From positions 5,271 to 69,270 of the IMG/VR virus record IMGVR_UViG_3300037418_003152: a DNA stretch of 64,000 nucleotides. One strand, given 5' to 3'. Positions within the stretch are counted from its first letter, which is position 1, and each line of letters begins with the position of its first letter. A program made the translations under genes and the position numbers. The stretch comes from a virus. Lineage: Duplodnaviria > Caudoviricetes. This document shows, one piece after another, positions 35,179 through 43,020 of the stretch. The notes under the pieces are model-generated. The model searched no databases. It saw only the letters and a list, made by a program, of their open reading frames with translations, and was not told the origin of the DNA.

Positions 35179-36219
35179 GTGACACATGCCGAGTACCTTG
35201 CGCTGCGCCGGTTTCCCGCCCTCGACGGGCTGCGCGCGGTCGCGGCCGCGCTGGTGGTGTTCTTCCACTTCGGCGGTCCGCACTGGACCTGGGTGTCGGG
35301 CTGGATCGGGGTGCACATCTTCTTCGTGCTCTCCGGGTTCCTCATCACCACGCTGGCGCTGCGCGAGGAGGCCCGCGACGAGCGGGTGTCGCTGCGCAAC
35401 TTCTACCTGCGCCGGGGCGCGCGGATCCTGCCGGTCTACTACGTGGTGGCGGCCGTCGTCGTCGCGCTGGCCTGGGCGCGCGGCGAGCTGGCCGGGCGGC
35501 TGGCCGCGGATCTCCCCTACTACCTGACCTTCACCGGGGAGCTGCTGGGCCCGGGCGAACCCTGGGGGCAGGTCTGGACGCTGGGCATCGAGCAGAAGTT
35601 CTACCTGCTGTGGCCGCTGCTGGCGTTCGCGGTGGCGCTGTCGGTGCGGCGGCGGGCCGCGGTCGCCGTGGCCGTGCTCGCGGTGGTGCTGACGCTGTGC
35701 CCGATCAACGGCATGTTCGTGTCCTACGTGCCGATCGCGGCCGGGTGCCTGCTCGCGGTGGTGCTGCACTGCCCGCGCGGGTTCGCCGCGCTCGCCGGGC
35801 TGACCCGCCCGGTCGGGGCGGTGGTGGCGGCGGCGGTGTTCGCGCTGGCGCATCTGGCGGTCCCGACGCTGACCGCGGCCCTCGGGGAGCCGGGCGCGAT
35901 CCTGGTCTACACCCCGGCGGTGGTGGCGCTGCTGGTGTCGCTGGTCGGCGGGCGGGGCCCGGTGGCGTGGCTGCTGTCGCGGCGCCCGCTGGTGTTCACC
36001 GGGGACCGGTCCTACTCGGTGTATCTGATCCAGAGCGTGGCGGCCACCGTGGTCGGCGCGACGATCCCGGCGCTGGGTACGCATCGCACCGCGACCGCGG
36101 TGGCGGTGCTGGCGGTGGCGGTGGCGATGGCCGATCTGCTGTACCGGTGGGTGGAGCTGCCCGGCATCGTGTGGGGCCGGCGCGCCACCCGGGCGCGGCG
36201 GATCGCGGCGGCGTCGTGA
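35179..36219 (+). CDS. Acyltransferase family 3 (OafA/YrhL-type O-acyltransferase)
   Basis: ALDGLRAVAA, GVHIFFVLSGFLIT, FYLRRGARILP, WTLGIEQKFY, GDRSYSVYLIQ, LYRWVELP motifs; about 10 TM. Confidence 0.92.
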   Translation: MTHAEYLALRRFPALDGLRAVAAALVVFFHFGGPHWTWVSGWIGVHIFFVLSGFLITTLALREEARDERVSLRNFYLRRGARILPVYYVVAAVVVALAWARGELAGRLAADLPYYLTFTGELLGPGEPWGQVWTLGIEQKFYLLWPLLAFAVALSVRRRAAVAVAVLAVVLTLCPINGMFVSYVPIAAGCLLAVVLHCPRGFAALAGLTRPVGAVVAAAVFALAHLAVPTLTAALGEPGAILVYTPAVVALLVSLVGGRGPVAWLLSRRPLVFTGDRSYSVYLIQSVAATVVGATIPALGTHRTATAVAVLAVAVAMADLLYRWVELPGIVWGRRATRARRIAAAS

Positions 36220-36229
36220 CCGGCGGGGC

Positions 36230-36607
36230 TCACCCGCCGTTGCTTTCCTCGGCGCGGGAGCCCTGCCAGGCCGAGACGTGGCCGACGGCGATCGCGTAGA
36301 CCGACATGAGCGCCACCCACAGCACCGAGTCGTGCCACCACAGCACGGTCGGAACGGTCAGGGCCGCCCACGCGCCGGTCGCGCCGATGTGCAGGCGGCT
36401 CCACAGCTTGCTGCCCTCGGCGCGCGCGGCCTGGTAGGCGGAGAAATGCCCGACGAGGTTGGCGTAGCAGCTCATCAGCCCGACCCACAGCACCGAGTCG
36501 TGCCACCACAGCACGGTCGGAACGGTCAGGGCCGCCCATACGGCCACCGCCGCGGCGTGGAGATGCCGCCAGGCCCTGGCGGGCAGGGCCGGCAGCCGGA
36601 TCCTCAC
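36230..36607 (-). CDS. Membrane protein built from an internal tandem duplication
   Basis: Two ~56-aa units, each containing WAALTVPTVLWWHDSVLWV. Confidence 0.7.
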   Translation of the reverse strand: MRIRLPALPARAWRHLHAAAVAVWAALTVPTVLWWHDSVLWVGLMSCYANLVGHFSAYQAARAEGSKLWSRLHIGATGAWAALTVPTVLWWHDSVLWVALMSVYAIAVGHVSAWQGSRAEESNGG

Positions 36608-36774
36608 CGCTGCTCGAACAGGGTGACCTCGCCGGTGACGAGGTCGAGCCAGCCAATGTAGACGCCGTCGCCGTTGAGCAGCGTGAGGCTGCCGACGCCG
36701 CGGGTGGCCAGCTGCGCGTCCGGGGCGCGTTCGACGAGGGTCTGCGCGGCGGCCAGCAGCTCCCGCGCGTTCAT
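36604..36774 (-). CDS. Hypothetical protein
   Basis: ATG 36774, coupled at both ends. Confidence 0.55.
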   Translation of the reverse strand: MNARELLAAAQTLVERAPDAQLATRGVGSLTLLNGDGVYIGWLDLVTGEVTLFEQR

Positions 36775-37181
36775 GCCAGCGGCGTGAACGGCGGATCGGC
36801 GAGCACCGCGGCCCACAGATGCACCGTCTCCAGCGAGCCGTCGTCGTTGCGGCCGACCTCCTCGAACCGCACGGCCAGGGTCAGCCCGCCCTGCTCGGCC
36901 GCGTCGGCGAGCCGGGAGTTGATGCCGGGGGCTTCCTCGCGCCAGCGCACGTCGTCGTAGACCCGCACCCAGGTGTTGTGGTCGGCCGCGGCGAGCTGCG
37001 CGACAGCTTCGTCGGCGGTCGGGCGCGCCGGCGGCGCGGGCTCGGCGGGGGTTGGCTCGACGGCGACGGGCTCAGCGGGCGCGGGCTCAGGCTCGGCCGG
37101 TGGCGGGCCGGCGGCAGGTGCCGGGTCCGAGGTCGGCTGCGGCACGGGCTCGGTGGCGACGGCGGGGTCAGGGGTGGTCAC
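36771..37181 (-). CDS. Hypothetical protein, Pro-rich N-terminus
   Basis: GTG 37181 after RBS GAGGAG. Confidence 0.55.
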   Translation of the reverse strand: MTTPDPAVATEPVPQPTSDPAPAAGPPPAEPEPAPAEPVAVEPTPAEPAPPARPTADEAVAQLAAADHNTWVRVYDDVRWREEAPGINSRLADAAEQGGLTLAVRFEEVGRNDDGSLETVHLWAAVLADPPFTPLA

Positions 37182-37195
37182 CGGTGCTCCTCGGG

Positions 37196-37483
37196 TCAGT
37201 TCGTCACTTCGACATCGACGGTGTGGAAGCCGGTGCGCCCGGTCAGCGCGGCGTCCGCGCGGGTGGCCAGCGTCGCCGCGGCGAGCACCTTGGTCGTGCC
37301 GCAGTGCGGGCAGTAGGACGTCCAGGTCGGGGCGCCGGACGTCCCGGAGGGATGGCAGTAGCCCTCGGCCTCCTGGGAGGCCACGTCGGCGCCCCAGTTG
37401 CTTCCGGCGTTGCGGGTGAGCACCGCCAACACGCGGGGCTGGTGCTTGCCCGTGTTGGTGCACACCGCGTTCAGGTTGGCCAT
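37196..37483 (-). CDS. Hypothetical Zn-ribbon protein
   Basis: C...C/CPHC; RBS present. Confidence 0.55.
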   Translation of the reverse strand: MANLNAVCTNTGKHQPRVLAVLTRNAGSNWGADVASQEAEGYCHPSGTSGAPTWTSYCPHCGTTKVLAAATLATRADAALTGRTGFHTVDVEVTN

Positions 37484-37487
37484 GGCG

Positions 37488-37733
37488 TCAGCTCTCCTTC
37501 GTCGGGGCGGTCGCCGCCGGGGCGGGCTCGGTGTCGGCGATGACCGCGCCGAGCGCGATCGCCTCGGCCCACAGCTCGCAGACGATCGGGTCGTCGCCGG
37601 CGCGCCACGTGTGCCAGCGGGGCCCGTCGCACGCCGCGCAGTGCACGAGCAGCTGCTTGTCGGCGAACGGGTCAGCCACCGCGACGGGCCGGTGCTGGGC
37701 GAGCAGCCGGTTGAACAGCGGGGTCACGTCCAT
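37488..37733 (-). CDS. Hypothetical protein (CAAC)
   Basis: RBS GGGAGG, ATG 37733. Confidence 0.55.
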   Translation of the reverse strand: MDVTPLFNRLLAQHRPVAVADPFADKQLLVHCAACDGPRWHTWRAGDDPIVCELWAEAIALGAVIADTEPAPAATAPTKES

Positions 37734-37763
37734 CGGGCGCCCTCCCAGTCGAGGAAAAGTGGA

Positions 37764-37806
37764 GGACCCGACCCACACCACCCCTGGCGCATTCTGGGTC
37801 GGGTCC
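37764..37806 (-). terminator. 12-bp-stem hairpin directly 3' of the tRNA
   Basis: GGACCCGACCCA...TGGGTCGGGTCC, followed on the minus strand by TCCACTTTTCC. Confidence 0.55.
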
Positions 37807-37882
37807 GGTAGCGGAGGCAGGATTTGAACCTGCGACCTCAGCGGTATGAGCGCTGCGGGGTACCGAGCTCCCCTACTCCGCT
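37807..37882 (-). tRNA. tRNA with CAT anticodon (Met; fMet-like body)
   Basis: Cloverleaf: acceptor AGCGGAG/CTCCGCT, D arm GGGG/CCCC, anticodon stem CAGCG/CGCTG with loop CTCATAC, T arm GCAGG-TTCAAAT-CCTGC; ends A-C-C (terminal A not encoded). Confidence 0.9.
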
Positions 37883-37925
37883 GTGACGGCGCGCCCTGGT
37901 GGACGGGCGCGCCGGGACCTCCTAC

Positions 37926-38234
37926 TCAGCCGGCCCGCTGCGCGGTGGCGTCCGGCTCGGGCGAGGTGCCTGTCCCAGCCCGACTGGTGTCCGGCGTTCC
38001 CGTTCCGGGCACTGTCGGGGCGCTTGGCGGGCTCGGGGGGTTAGCGGGGTCCACGGGCGGCCCGTCCGGTGGCGCCACGGGGCCGCTGGCGGGTGGTACG
38101 GGGGTGGCGCTGGCCGCCCCGGCCACCAGCGGATCCAGCCGGCAGTGCTGCCACGGCGGGTGCGCGTGGTGCGCGCCGACCACCAGCCCGGTCGGGTCGA
38201 CAGCGATGGTGCAACCCAGGTCGTGCCCGGTCAT
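37926..38234 (-). CDS. Hypothetical Pro-rich protein
   Basis: ATG 38234 in ATGA overlap. Confidence 0.4.
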   Translation of the reverse strand: MTGHDLGCTIAVDPTGLVVGAHHAHPPWQHCRLDPLVAGAASATPVPPASGPVAPPDGPPVDPANPPSPPSAPTVPGTGTPDTSRAGTGTSPEPDATAQRAG

Positions 38235-38440
38235 TCCAGCCACACCACGCGGGTGGACCCGCCGTGCCCGTTGACCGCGACCAGGTGCTCAATGGACGGC
38301 CACACCACCGTGGAGGCGTGCTCGCCGAGCCACTGCACCACGCACACGTCGTTGGCGAACTCCACGCCCTCGGCGACGATCCCGGTGCCCGACACCCCGG
38401 AGTGGTCGACGTCGCGGTGCAGCTGAAACAGCCGCGCCAT
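38231..38440 (-). CDS. Conserved small actinophage protein
   Basis: MARLFQLHRDVDHSGVSGTGIVAEGVEF..., a pattern recurrent in actinophages; TGATG overlap. Confidence 0.7.
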   Translation of the reverse strand: MARLFQLHRDVDHSGVSGTGIVAEGVEFANDVCVVQWLGEHASTVVWPSIEHLVAVNGHGGSTRVVWLE

Positions 38441-39018
38441 CAGCCCAGGTCCCGCGGGTCGCCCAGCGCGCCGTCGAGCAGCGCCGGGTCTTGCGGCAGC
38501 GGTTCCCCGTCGGGGCCGAGCACGCCGTCGGCGGGGTCGTTGGCGGCCATCTCGCGCAGCAGCTGGTCGATGGCCTGCTGCACCGCGTCGGTGGTGATGA
38601 CCTCCATCTGCTGGCGCACCGGGGCGAACAGCCCGAACAGCTTCGCGCGGTGCTCCATCAGCTCCTTGACCCGCAGCACCGCCCAGGAGTCCCCGCCGAG
38701 GGCCTTGGGCCACAACGCCCGCTGTAGCGCGTCGATGCGCATGGCCTCGACCTTGCGCATCTCCTCGGTGTCGTAGAACCCGGAGTGCCGCTCGATCGCG
38801 GAGATCACGCCCTTGCGGGCGCCCGAGCGGCCGGCGTAGAGCGTCTGGCCGGGGTGGTTCGGGTCGGGGGTGTTCGCGATGGCCTCGTAGGACGCCCCGG
38901 CGATGAACAGCCGGTAGGCCAGCTCCTGGCGGCGCAGCGCCTCGCGGTTCTCGTCCCGGCGCAGGTCCCGGGCGCCCTGCCCGCCGCCGGGCATGTTGCG
39001 GCGCATGTCCTCGGCCAT
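38440..39018 (-). CDS. Probable terminase small subunit (HTH)
   Basis: GASYEAIA HTH; RIDALQRALWPKALGGDSWAVLRVKELMEHRAKLFGL pattern of actinophage small terminases. Confidence 0.6.
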   Translation of the reverse strand: MAEDMRRNMPGGGQGARDLRRDENREALRRQELAYRLFIAGASYEAIANTPDPNHPGQTLYAGRSGARKGVISAIERHSGFYDTEEMRKVEAMRIDALQRALWPKALGGDSWAVLRVKELMEHRAKLFGLFAPVRQQMEVITTDAVQQAIDQLLREMAANDPADGVLGPDGEPLPQDPALLDGALGDPRDLG

Positions 39019-39588
39019 CTACTTCACCGTCCTTCGGTGCTCGGCCAAGATGGCCTCGACGTCGGGATCGCCGGGCGCCCACGCCCCGGTCAGCGCGTAG
39101 GTGGTGGTCAGCGCGTCGTGCTGCTCCACCCCACGAAGGCTGATGCAGCCGTGCGCTGCGGAGATCACGCACGCCGCGCCGATGGGCTCGAGCACCCGCT
39201 GTAGCGCGGTGGCGACCTGCCAGCCCAGCCGCTCCTGCACCTGCAGCCGGGCCGCGTAGTCGCCGAGCACTCGGGCCAGCTTGGACAGGCCCACCACCGG
39301 GGCGCCGACCCCGGGCCGGTAGGCCACGGTCGCGGTGCCGGTGATCGGCAGCAGGTGATGGGCGCAGGTCGAGCGCACCGCGATCCCCGAGACCATGACC
39401 AGCCCGGGGTCGTGCGGGGCCGGGAACACCTTGGCCAGGTGCCGGGCCGGGTCGACCTGGTAGCCGGCCAGTGCGGCGGCCCATGCCTTGGCCACTCGGT
39501 TCGGGGTGTCGGCGGTGTGCGCGCCCTCGTCGACGCCCAGCGCGGTGAGCAGGTCGGCGACGGCGACGGCGGCCTTTTCCACGTCCAC
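39019..39588 (-). CDS. folE: GTP cyclohydrolase I
   Basis: TPNRVA, STCAHHLLP, LSKLAR, RLQVQER, HGCISLRG. Confidence 0.95.
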   Translation of the reverse strand: MDVEKAAVAVADLLTALGVDEGAHTADTPNRVAKAWAAALAGYQVDPARHLAKVFPAPHDPGLVMVSGIAVRSTCAHHLLPITGTATVAYRPGVGAPVVGLSKLARVLGDYAARLQVQERLGWQVATALQRVLEPIGAACVISAAHGCISLRGVEQHDALTTTYALTGAWAPGDPDVEAILAEHRRTVK

Positions 39589-39591
39589 GGG

Positions 39592-40314
39592 TCAGTGCCC
39601 CCTCTCGTCGCCCCAGGCCAGCACGTGCAGCCGGTGGCTCGCGTTGATGCCCAGTTCGGCGGCCGCGGCGGCCAGCCCCGGCCAGCGCGCGGCCAGCACG
39701 GCCGCAGTGGTGCCCTCGGGCATCACCCAGATCCGTTCGCGCGGGAACCGCATCGCCGCGCCCAGCTCCAGCGCCAGATCGAGATCGGCGCGTTCGGTGA
39801 CGACGACCTTGAGGTGCGCGCCGCCGTGCCAGGGCGCGATGGTGGCCCACCGCGGGTCCATCGCCGGGTCCTGGTGGCCGCGGTGGCCACCGGCGTTGGG
39901 CAGCTTCGGGGACACGCAGATGATCCGGGCGTGCTCGCGGGTGTGGCCGTCCGGCGCGATGGTGCCGTTGGTCTCGATGTGGATCTCGCGGCGGCCGGCC
40001 AGGCGGGCCAGCAGCTCGTGCCAGGCCGGGCGGTGCTGCTGCAACAGCGGTTCCCCGCCGGTGAGCACCACGATCCGGCCGGTGCGGGCCAGCACGGCCT
40101 CGGCTAGCTCGGTCGCGGTGCGCTGGCGGGTCTCCGCGCGCAGGTCGTAGCGGGCGCTGTCCCAGGTGTAGGCCGAGTCGCACCACGCGCACGACAGGTT
40201 GCAGCCGGCGAACCGGATGAACGTGGCGGCCTGCCCGGCGGCGGGCCCCTCCCCCTGCAGGGTCGGGCCGAACAGCTCCACCACCGGCAGCGTGTCCCCG
40301 CTCGGGGCGCTCAC
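39592..40314 (-). CDS. queE: 7-carboxy-7-deazaguanine synthase (radical SAM)
   Basis: GTG 40314; TLQGEG, RFAGCNLSCAWCDS (CxxxCxxC), LTGGEPLLQ, IETNGT, SPKL. Confidence 0.95.
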   Translation of the reverse strand: MSAPSGDTLPVVELFGPTLQGEGPAAGQAATFIRFAGCNLSCAWCDSAYTWDSARYDLRAETRQRTATELAEAVLARTGRIVVLTGGEPLLQQHRPAWHELLARLAGRREIHIETNGTIAPDGHTREHARIICVSPKLPNAGGHRGHQDPAMDPRWATIAPWHGGAHLKVVVTERADLDLALELGAAMRFPRERIWVMPEGTTAAVLAARWPGLAAAAAELGINASHRLHVLAWGDERGH

Positions 40315-40733
40315 CGGGCCCACCGCCACGACGCGGCGTTGACGTGGGTCTCGGCGACCCGCACCGCGACCGCGTCGACCTCGGGGTAGTCGAACAGCCG
40401 TACGCCCCACTCCCCCACCCAGCGGGCGATGTTCTCGGTGGTCGGGTCGGCGGGGCAGACCTTGAGCCCGGGCAGCTCCAGCGCGGTGAGCTCGTCGTGC
40501 TCGTTGAGCAGCAGCCGGTGGTCGTAGGTGCTGTCGAGGTGGCCGCGGAAGGACTGCTTGATCGCGCCGAAGTCCAGCCCGGCCAGGATGCCGTGGTGGT
40601 TGACCCGCCCGGTCAGCTCCAGCTCCACCCACATCGAGTGGCCGTGGATGTTCTCGCAGCGCCCGGGTAGCTGCGAGAGCCGGTGCGCGGTCTCGATGTT
40701 GTGGCGCACCGTCACGGTCTTGACCGGCTCCAT
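40311..40733 (-). CDS. queD: 6-carboxy-5,6,7,8-tetrahydropterin synthase
   Basis: ATG 40733; AHRL..GRCENIHGHS, DFGAIK, YDHRLL, PTTENIA, ETHVN. Confidence 0.93.
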   Translation of the reverse strand: MEPVKTVTVRHNIETAHRLSQLPGRCENIHGHSMWVELELTGRVNHHGILAGLDFGAIKQSFRGHLDSTYDHRLLLNEHDELTALELPGLKVCPADPTTENIARWVGEWGVRLFDYPEVDAVAVRVAETHVNAASWRWAR

Positions 40734-41404
40734 CACGCGGATACTTCGTAGGAGGTGTGGTCGTTGACCCCGGCCAGGGCCATCGCCTCCCGGCGTTCCA
40801 CGCAGGTTCCGCACACCCCGCAGTGGCGGGTGCCGCCCTTGTAGCAGGACCAGGTCTTGTGGATCGGCACGTCGAGCTCGCGGGCCAGGGTCGCGATCGC
40901 GGTCTTGTCGATGTCGACGAACGGGGCGTCGAGGCGCACCGCGTTGTCGGTGCCCAGCTGCACGGCGTTGGACAGCGCCTCGATGAACTCGGGCCGGCAG
41001 TCCGGGTAGATCGGGTGGTCCCCGGCGTGCACCGCGGTGAGCACGACGTCGCAGTGCCGGGCGATCGCGACGCCGGCCGCGGCGCACAGCAGGGTGGCGT
41101 TGCGGTTGGGGACGATGGTCGCGCGCATCGAGGGGGCGGCGTAGTGGCCCTCGGGCACCGGCACCGCGCTATCGGTGAGCGCCGACCCGGTCAGCAGCGC
41201 GCCCCACCCGGTCATGTCCAGCACCTGGTGGTCCACGCCGTAGAACGCGGCGATCTCCGTGGCCGCGGTCAGCTCGCGGGCGTGGCGCTGCCCGTAGTTG
41301 ACCGACAGCGCCACCGCGGCGGTGCCCTCGCGGTGCGCCTTGGCGAGCAGGGTGGTCGAGTCGAGCCCTCCGGAGAGCAGCACGAGGTCACGTCGAGTGG
41401 GCAT
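40733..41404 (-). CDS. queC: 7-cyano-7-deazaguanine synthase
   Basis: SGGLDST PP-loop, YGQRH, VPNRN, YPDCRPEF, TWSCY..HCGVCGTC. Confidence 0.96.
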   Translation of the reverse strand: MPTRRDLVLLSGGLDSTTLLAKAHREGTAAVALSVNYGQRHARELTAATEIAAFYGVDHQVLDMTGWGALLTGSALTDSAVPVPEGHYAAPSMRATIVPNRNATLLCAAAGVAIARHCDVVLTAVHAGDHPIYPDCRPEFIEALSNAVQLGTDNAVRLDAPFVDIDKTAIATLARELDVPIHKTWSCYKGGTRHCGVCGTCVERREAMALAGVNDHTSYEVSA

Positions 41405-42431
41405 GGGGAGACGTCCTTCGGAAACAGGTGTGTCGGGAACCGTGCTTGCGCCACAGCGGCGGAATGGCGCCGTCGGTGGCGGCGTGCAGCTCGCGGTCGA
41501 GCCCGGCGGCGGGCTCCAGACCGAACTCGGGAGTGATCGAGTTGTACAGGTGCGGGCCGGGGTGCAGGCGCCGGTCCAGCGCGGCGGTCCACGCGACGTC
41601 GGTGACCTGCTTGCCGCCGCCCTGGCCGATCACCGAGTTGTACAGGTGCGGGCCCGGGGCGGCGCCCTCGCGCGGCGGGGTGACCGGGCCGGTGCGCTTG
41701 AGCTGTTCGTCGGCGCAGGCGTAGGCCAGGGACATGGCCTGCATCAGCGCGCCGCGGCCCTCCGCGCGCCCGGGCATGCGCCCGGTGCGCCCGAGCAGCG
41801 CCAGGTCGATGCCGTGGTCGAGCAGGTGCGCGCGGTCGCGCAGCAGCCGGGCCCGGTCGCCGACCTGCGTGGAGACGATGTCGCGGCCGTTGAAGTAGAC
41901 GATCGAGCCGAACCGGAACGCCCCAGAGATGTTGGAGGCGTCCGCGGAGTACGGGCGGGTGGCGCGCAGCGTGGCCATCGACCCGATGCCCAGCGCGTGC
42001 ACTCCCCCGCCGGCGTCTGCGGCCCGGCGCTGCAGCATCCCGACCCGCTGGCGCTGCGCGGCGGCCGGCAGCCCGACCAGCCCGCCCACGCACACGTAGC
42101 CGACCTCGCGCACCATCGCGTCGAAATCGGCCAGCTTGTCCCCGCGGGTGAACACCGGCATCACCGGCAGCCCGCGCTCGTGCAGGCGGCGGGTGTTGAC
42201 CGCGCTGGCCTTGCCGTCGCCGATCACGTCGAGGGTGATCGCGTGGTCCCAGCAGCCGCGGTAGCGCTCCAGGTAGGCCGCGTAGTCGCCGAGCTTGACC
42301 GGCTTGCCCTTGGACCAGGCGGTGAACGCCCCGGAGTCGATCATCAGGTTGCCGCACACCAGGTTGGCGCGCACCGCGGTCAGATCGGTGTCGGCGTGGA
42401 AGGCGAACGACAGCAGGATGTTGACCGCCAT
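41388..42431 (-). CDS. dpdA: TGT-fold 7-deazaguanine DNA transglycosylase (DpdA-like)
   Basis: ATG 42431; MIDSGAFT, LDVIG, GGLV, VHALG, SADAS TGT-family motifs; adjacent to queC. Confidence 0.8.
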   Translation of the reverse strand: MAVNILLSFAFHADTDLTAVRANLVCGNLMIDSGAFTAWSKGKPVKLGDYAAYLERYRGCWDHAITLDVIGDGKASAVNTRRLHERGLPVMPVFTRGDKLADFDAMVREVGYVCVGGLVGLPAAAQRQRVGMLQRRAADAGGGVHALGIGSMATLRATRPYSADASNISGAFRFGSIVYFNGRDIVSTQVGDRARLLRDRAHLLDHGIDLALLGRTGRMPGRAEGRGALMQAMSLAYACADEQLKRTGPVTPPREGAAPGPHLYNSVIGQGGGKQVTDVAWTAALDRRLHPGPHLYNSITPEFGLEPAAGLDRELHAATDGAIPPLWRKHGSRHTCFRRTSPHAHST

Positions 42432-42655
42432 CAGCCGCTCCGCCGGGGCCAGCCCCGCCGGCCCGGGGTGATCGAGTTGATCAGGATGCGGGCCTGCTGG
42501 GCGACCCAGCGTTGCCCGCCGACGAGCGTGCAGCTCGGGCACGGCTGGCGGCCGCGGGTGAACAGCGCGGTGTGCGTCGCGGGGGGCTTGTCGCAGCGGT
42601 AGATCGCCCCGGTGATGGTGACCACGAGGTAGCGGTGGTCGCGGCGCGGGATCAT
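42431..42655 (-). CDS. Small hypothetical protein (CPSC)
   Basis: Coupled at both ends. Confidence 0.5.
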   Translation of the reverse strand: MIPRRDHRYLVVTITGAIYRCDKPPATHTALFTRGRQPCPSCTLVGGQRWVAQQARILINSITPGRRGWPRRSG

Positions 42656-43020
42656 CCCGACCCCTCCCCCACCTGCCCGTCCGGCTTGGGTGCCGGCGGG
42701 GTCCAGCCGGCGTCGACGAGCCGCACCGCGATGCCGCGGTTGGCGGTGCCGGTGAGCCGCACCGCGGCCTCGATCAGCTCGTGGCGGCGCGACGGCGGCG
42801 GCGCCTCCACCCCGAGCAGGGCCGCGGCGAGCAGCACCCGGCTGCGGCCGGGCAGCTCGATGTCGAACTCCAGTGCGCGCACGATGTCGCCGACGTGGGT
42901 CGCGACCCGGGAGTTGATGTCGGTGACGGCGTGGTGGGCCGCGACCAGCCTGTCGCCGGCCATCTGGATGAGGGACTGCTCCTCGGGGGTGTACTCCTCG
43001 CGGGCGGCCATCGCGGGCAT
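42652..43020 (-). CDS. Hypothetical protein
   Basis: ATG 43020, TGATG overlap. Confidence 0.55.
   Translation of the reverse strand: MPAMAAREEYTPEEQSLIQMAGDRLVAAHHAVTDINSRVATHVGDIVRALEFDIELPGRSRVLLAAALLGVEAPPPSRRHELIEAAVRLTGTANRGIAVRLVDAGWTPPAPKPDGQVGEGSG

Noticed and set aside
37807-37882. tRNA 3' end as an attP/attB core marking a prophage boundary
   Set aside because: No duplicated tRNA fragment seen elsewhere in the window, and phage genes flank both sides.
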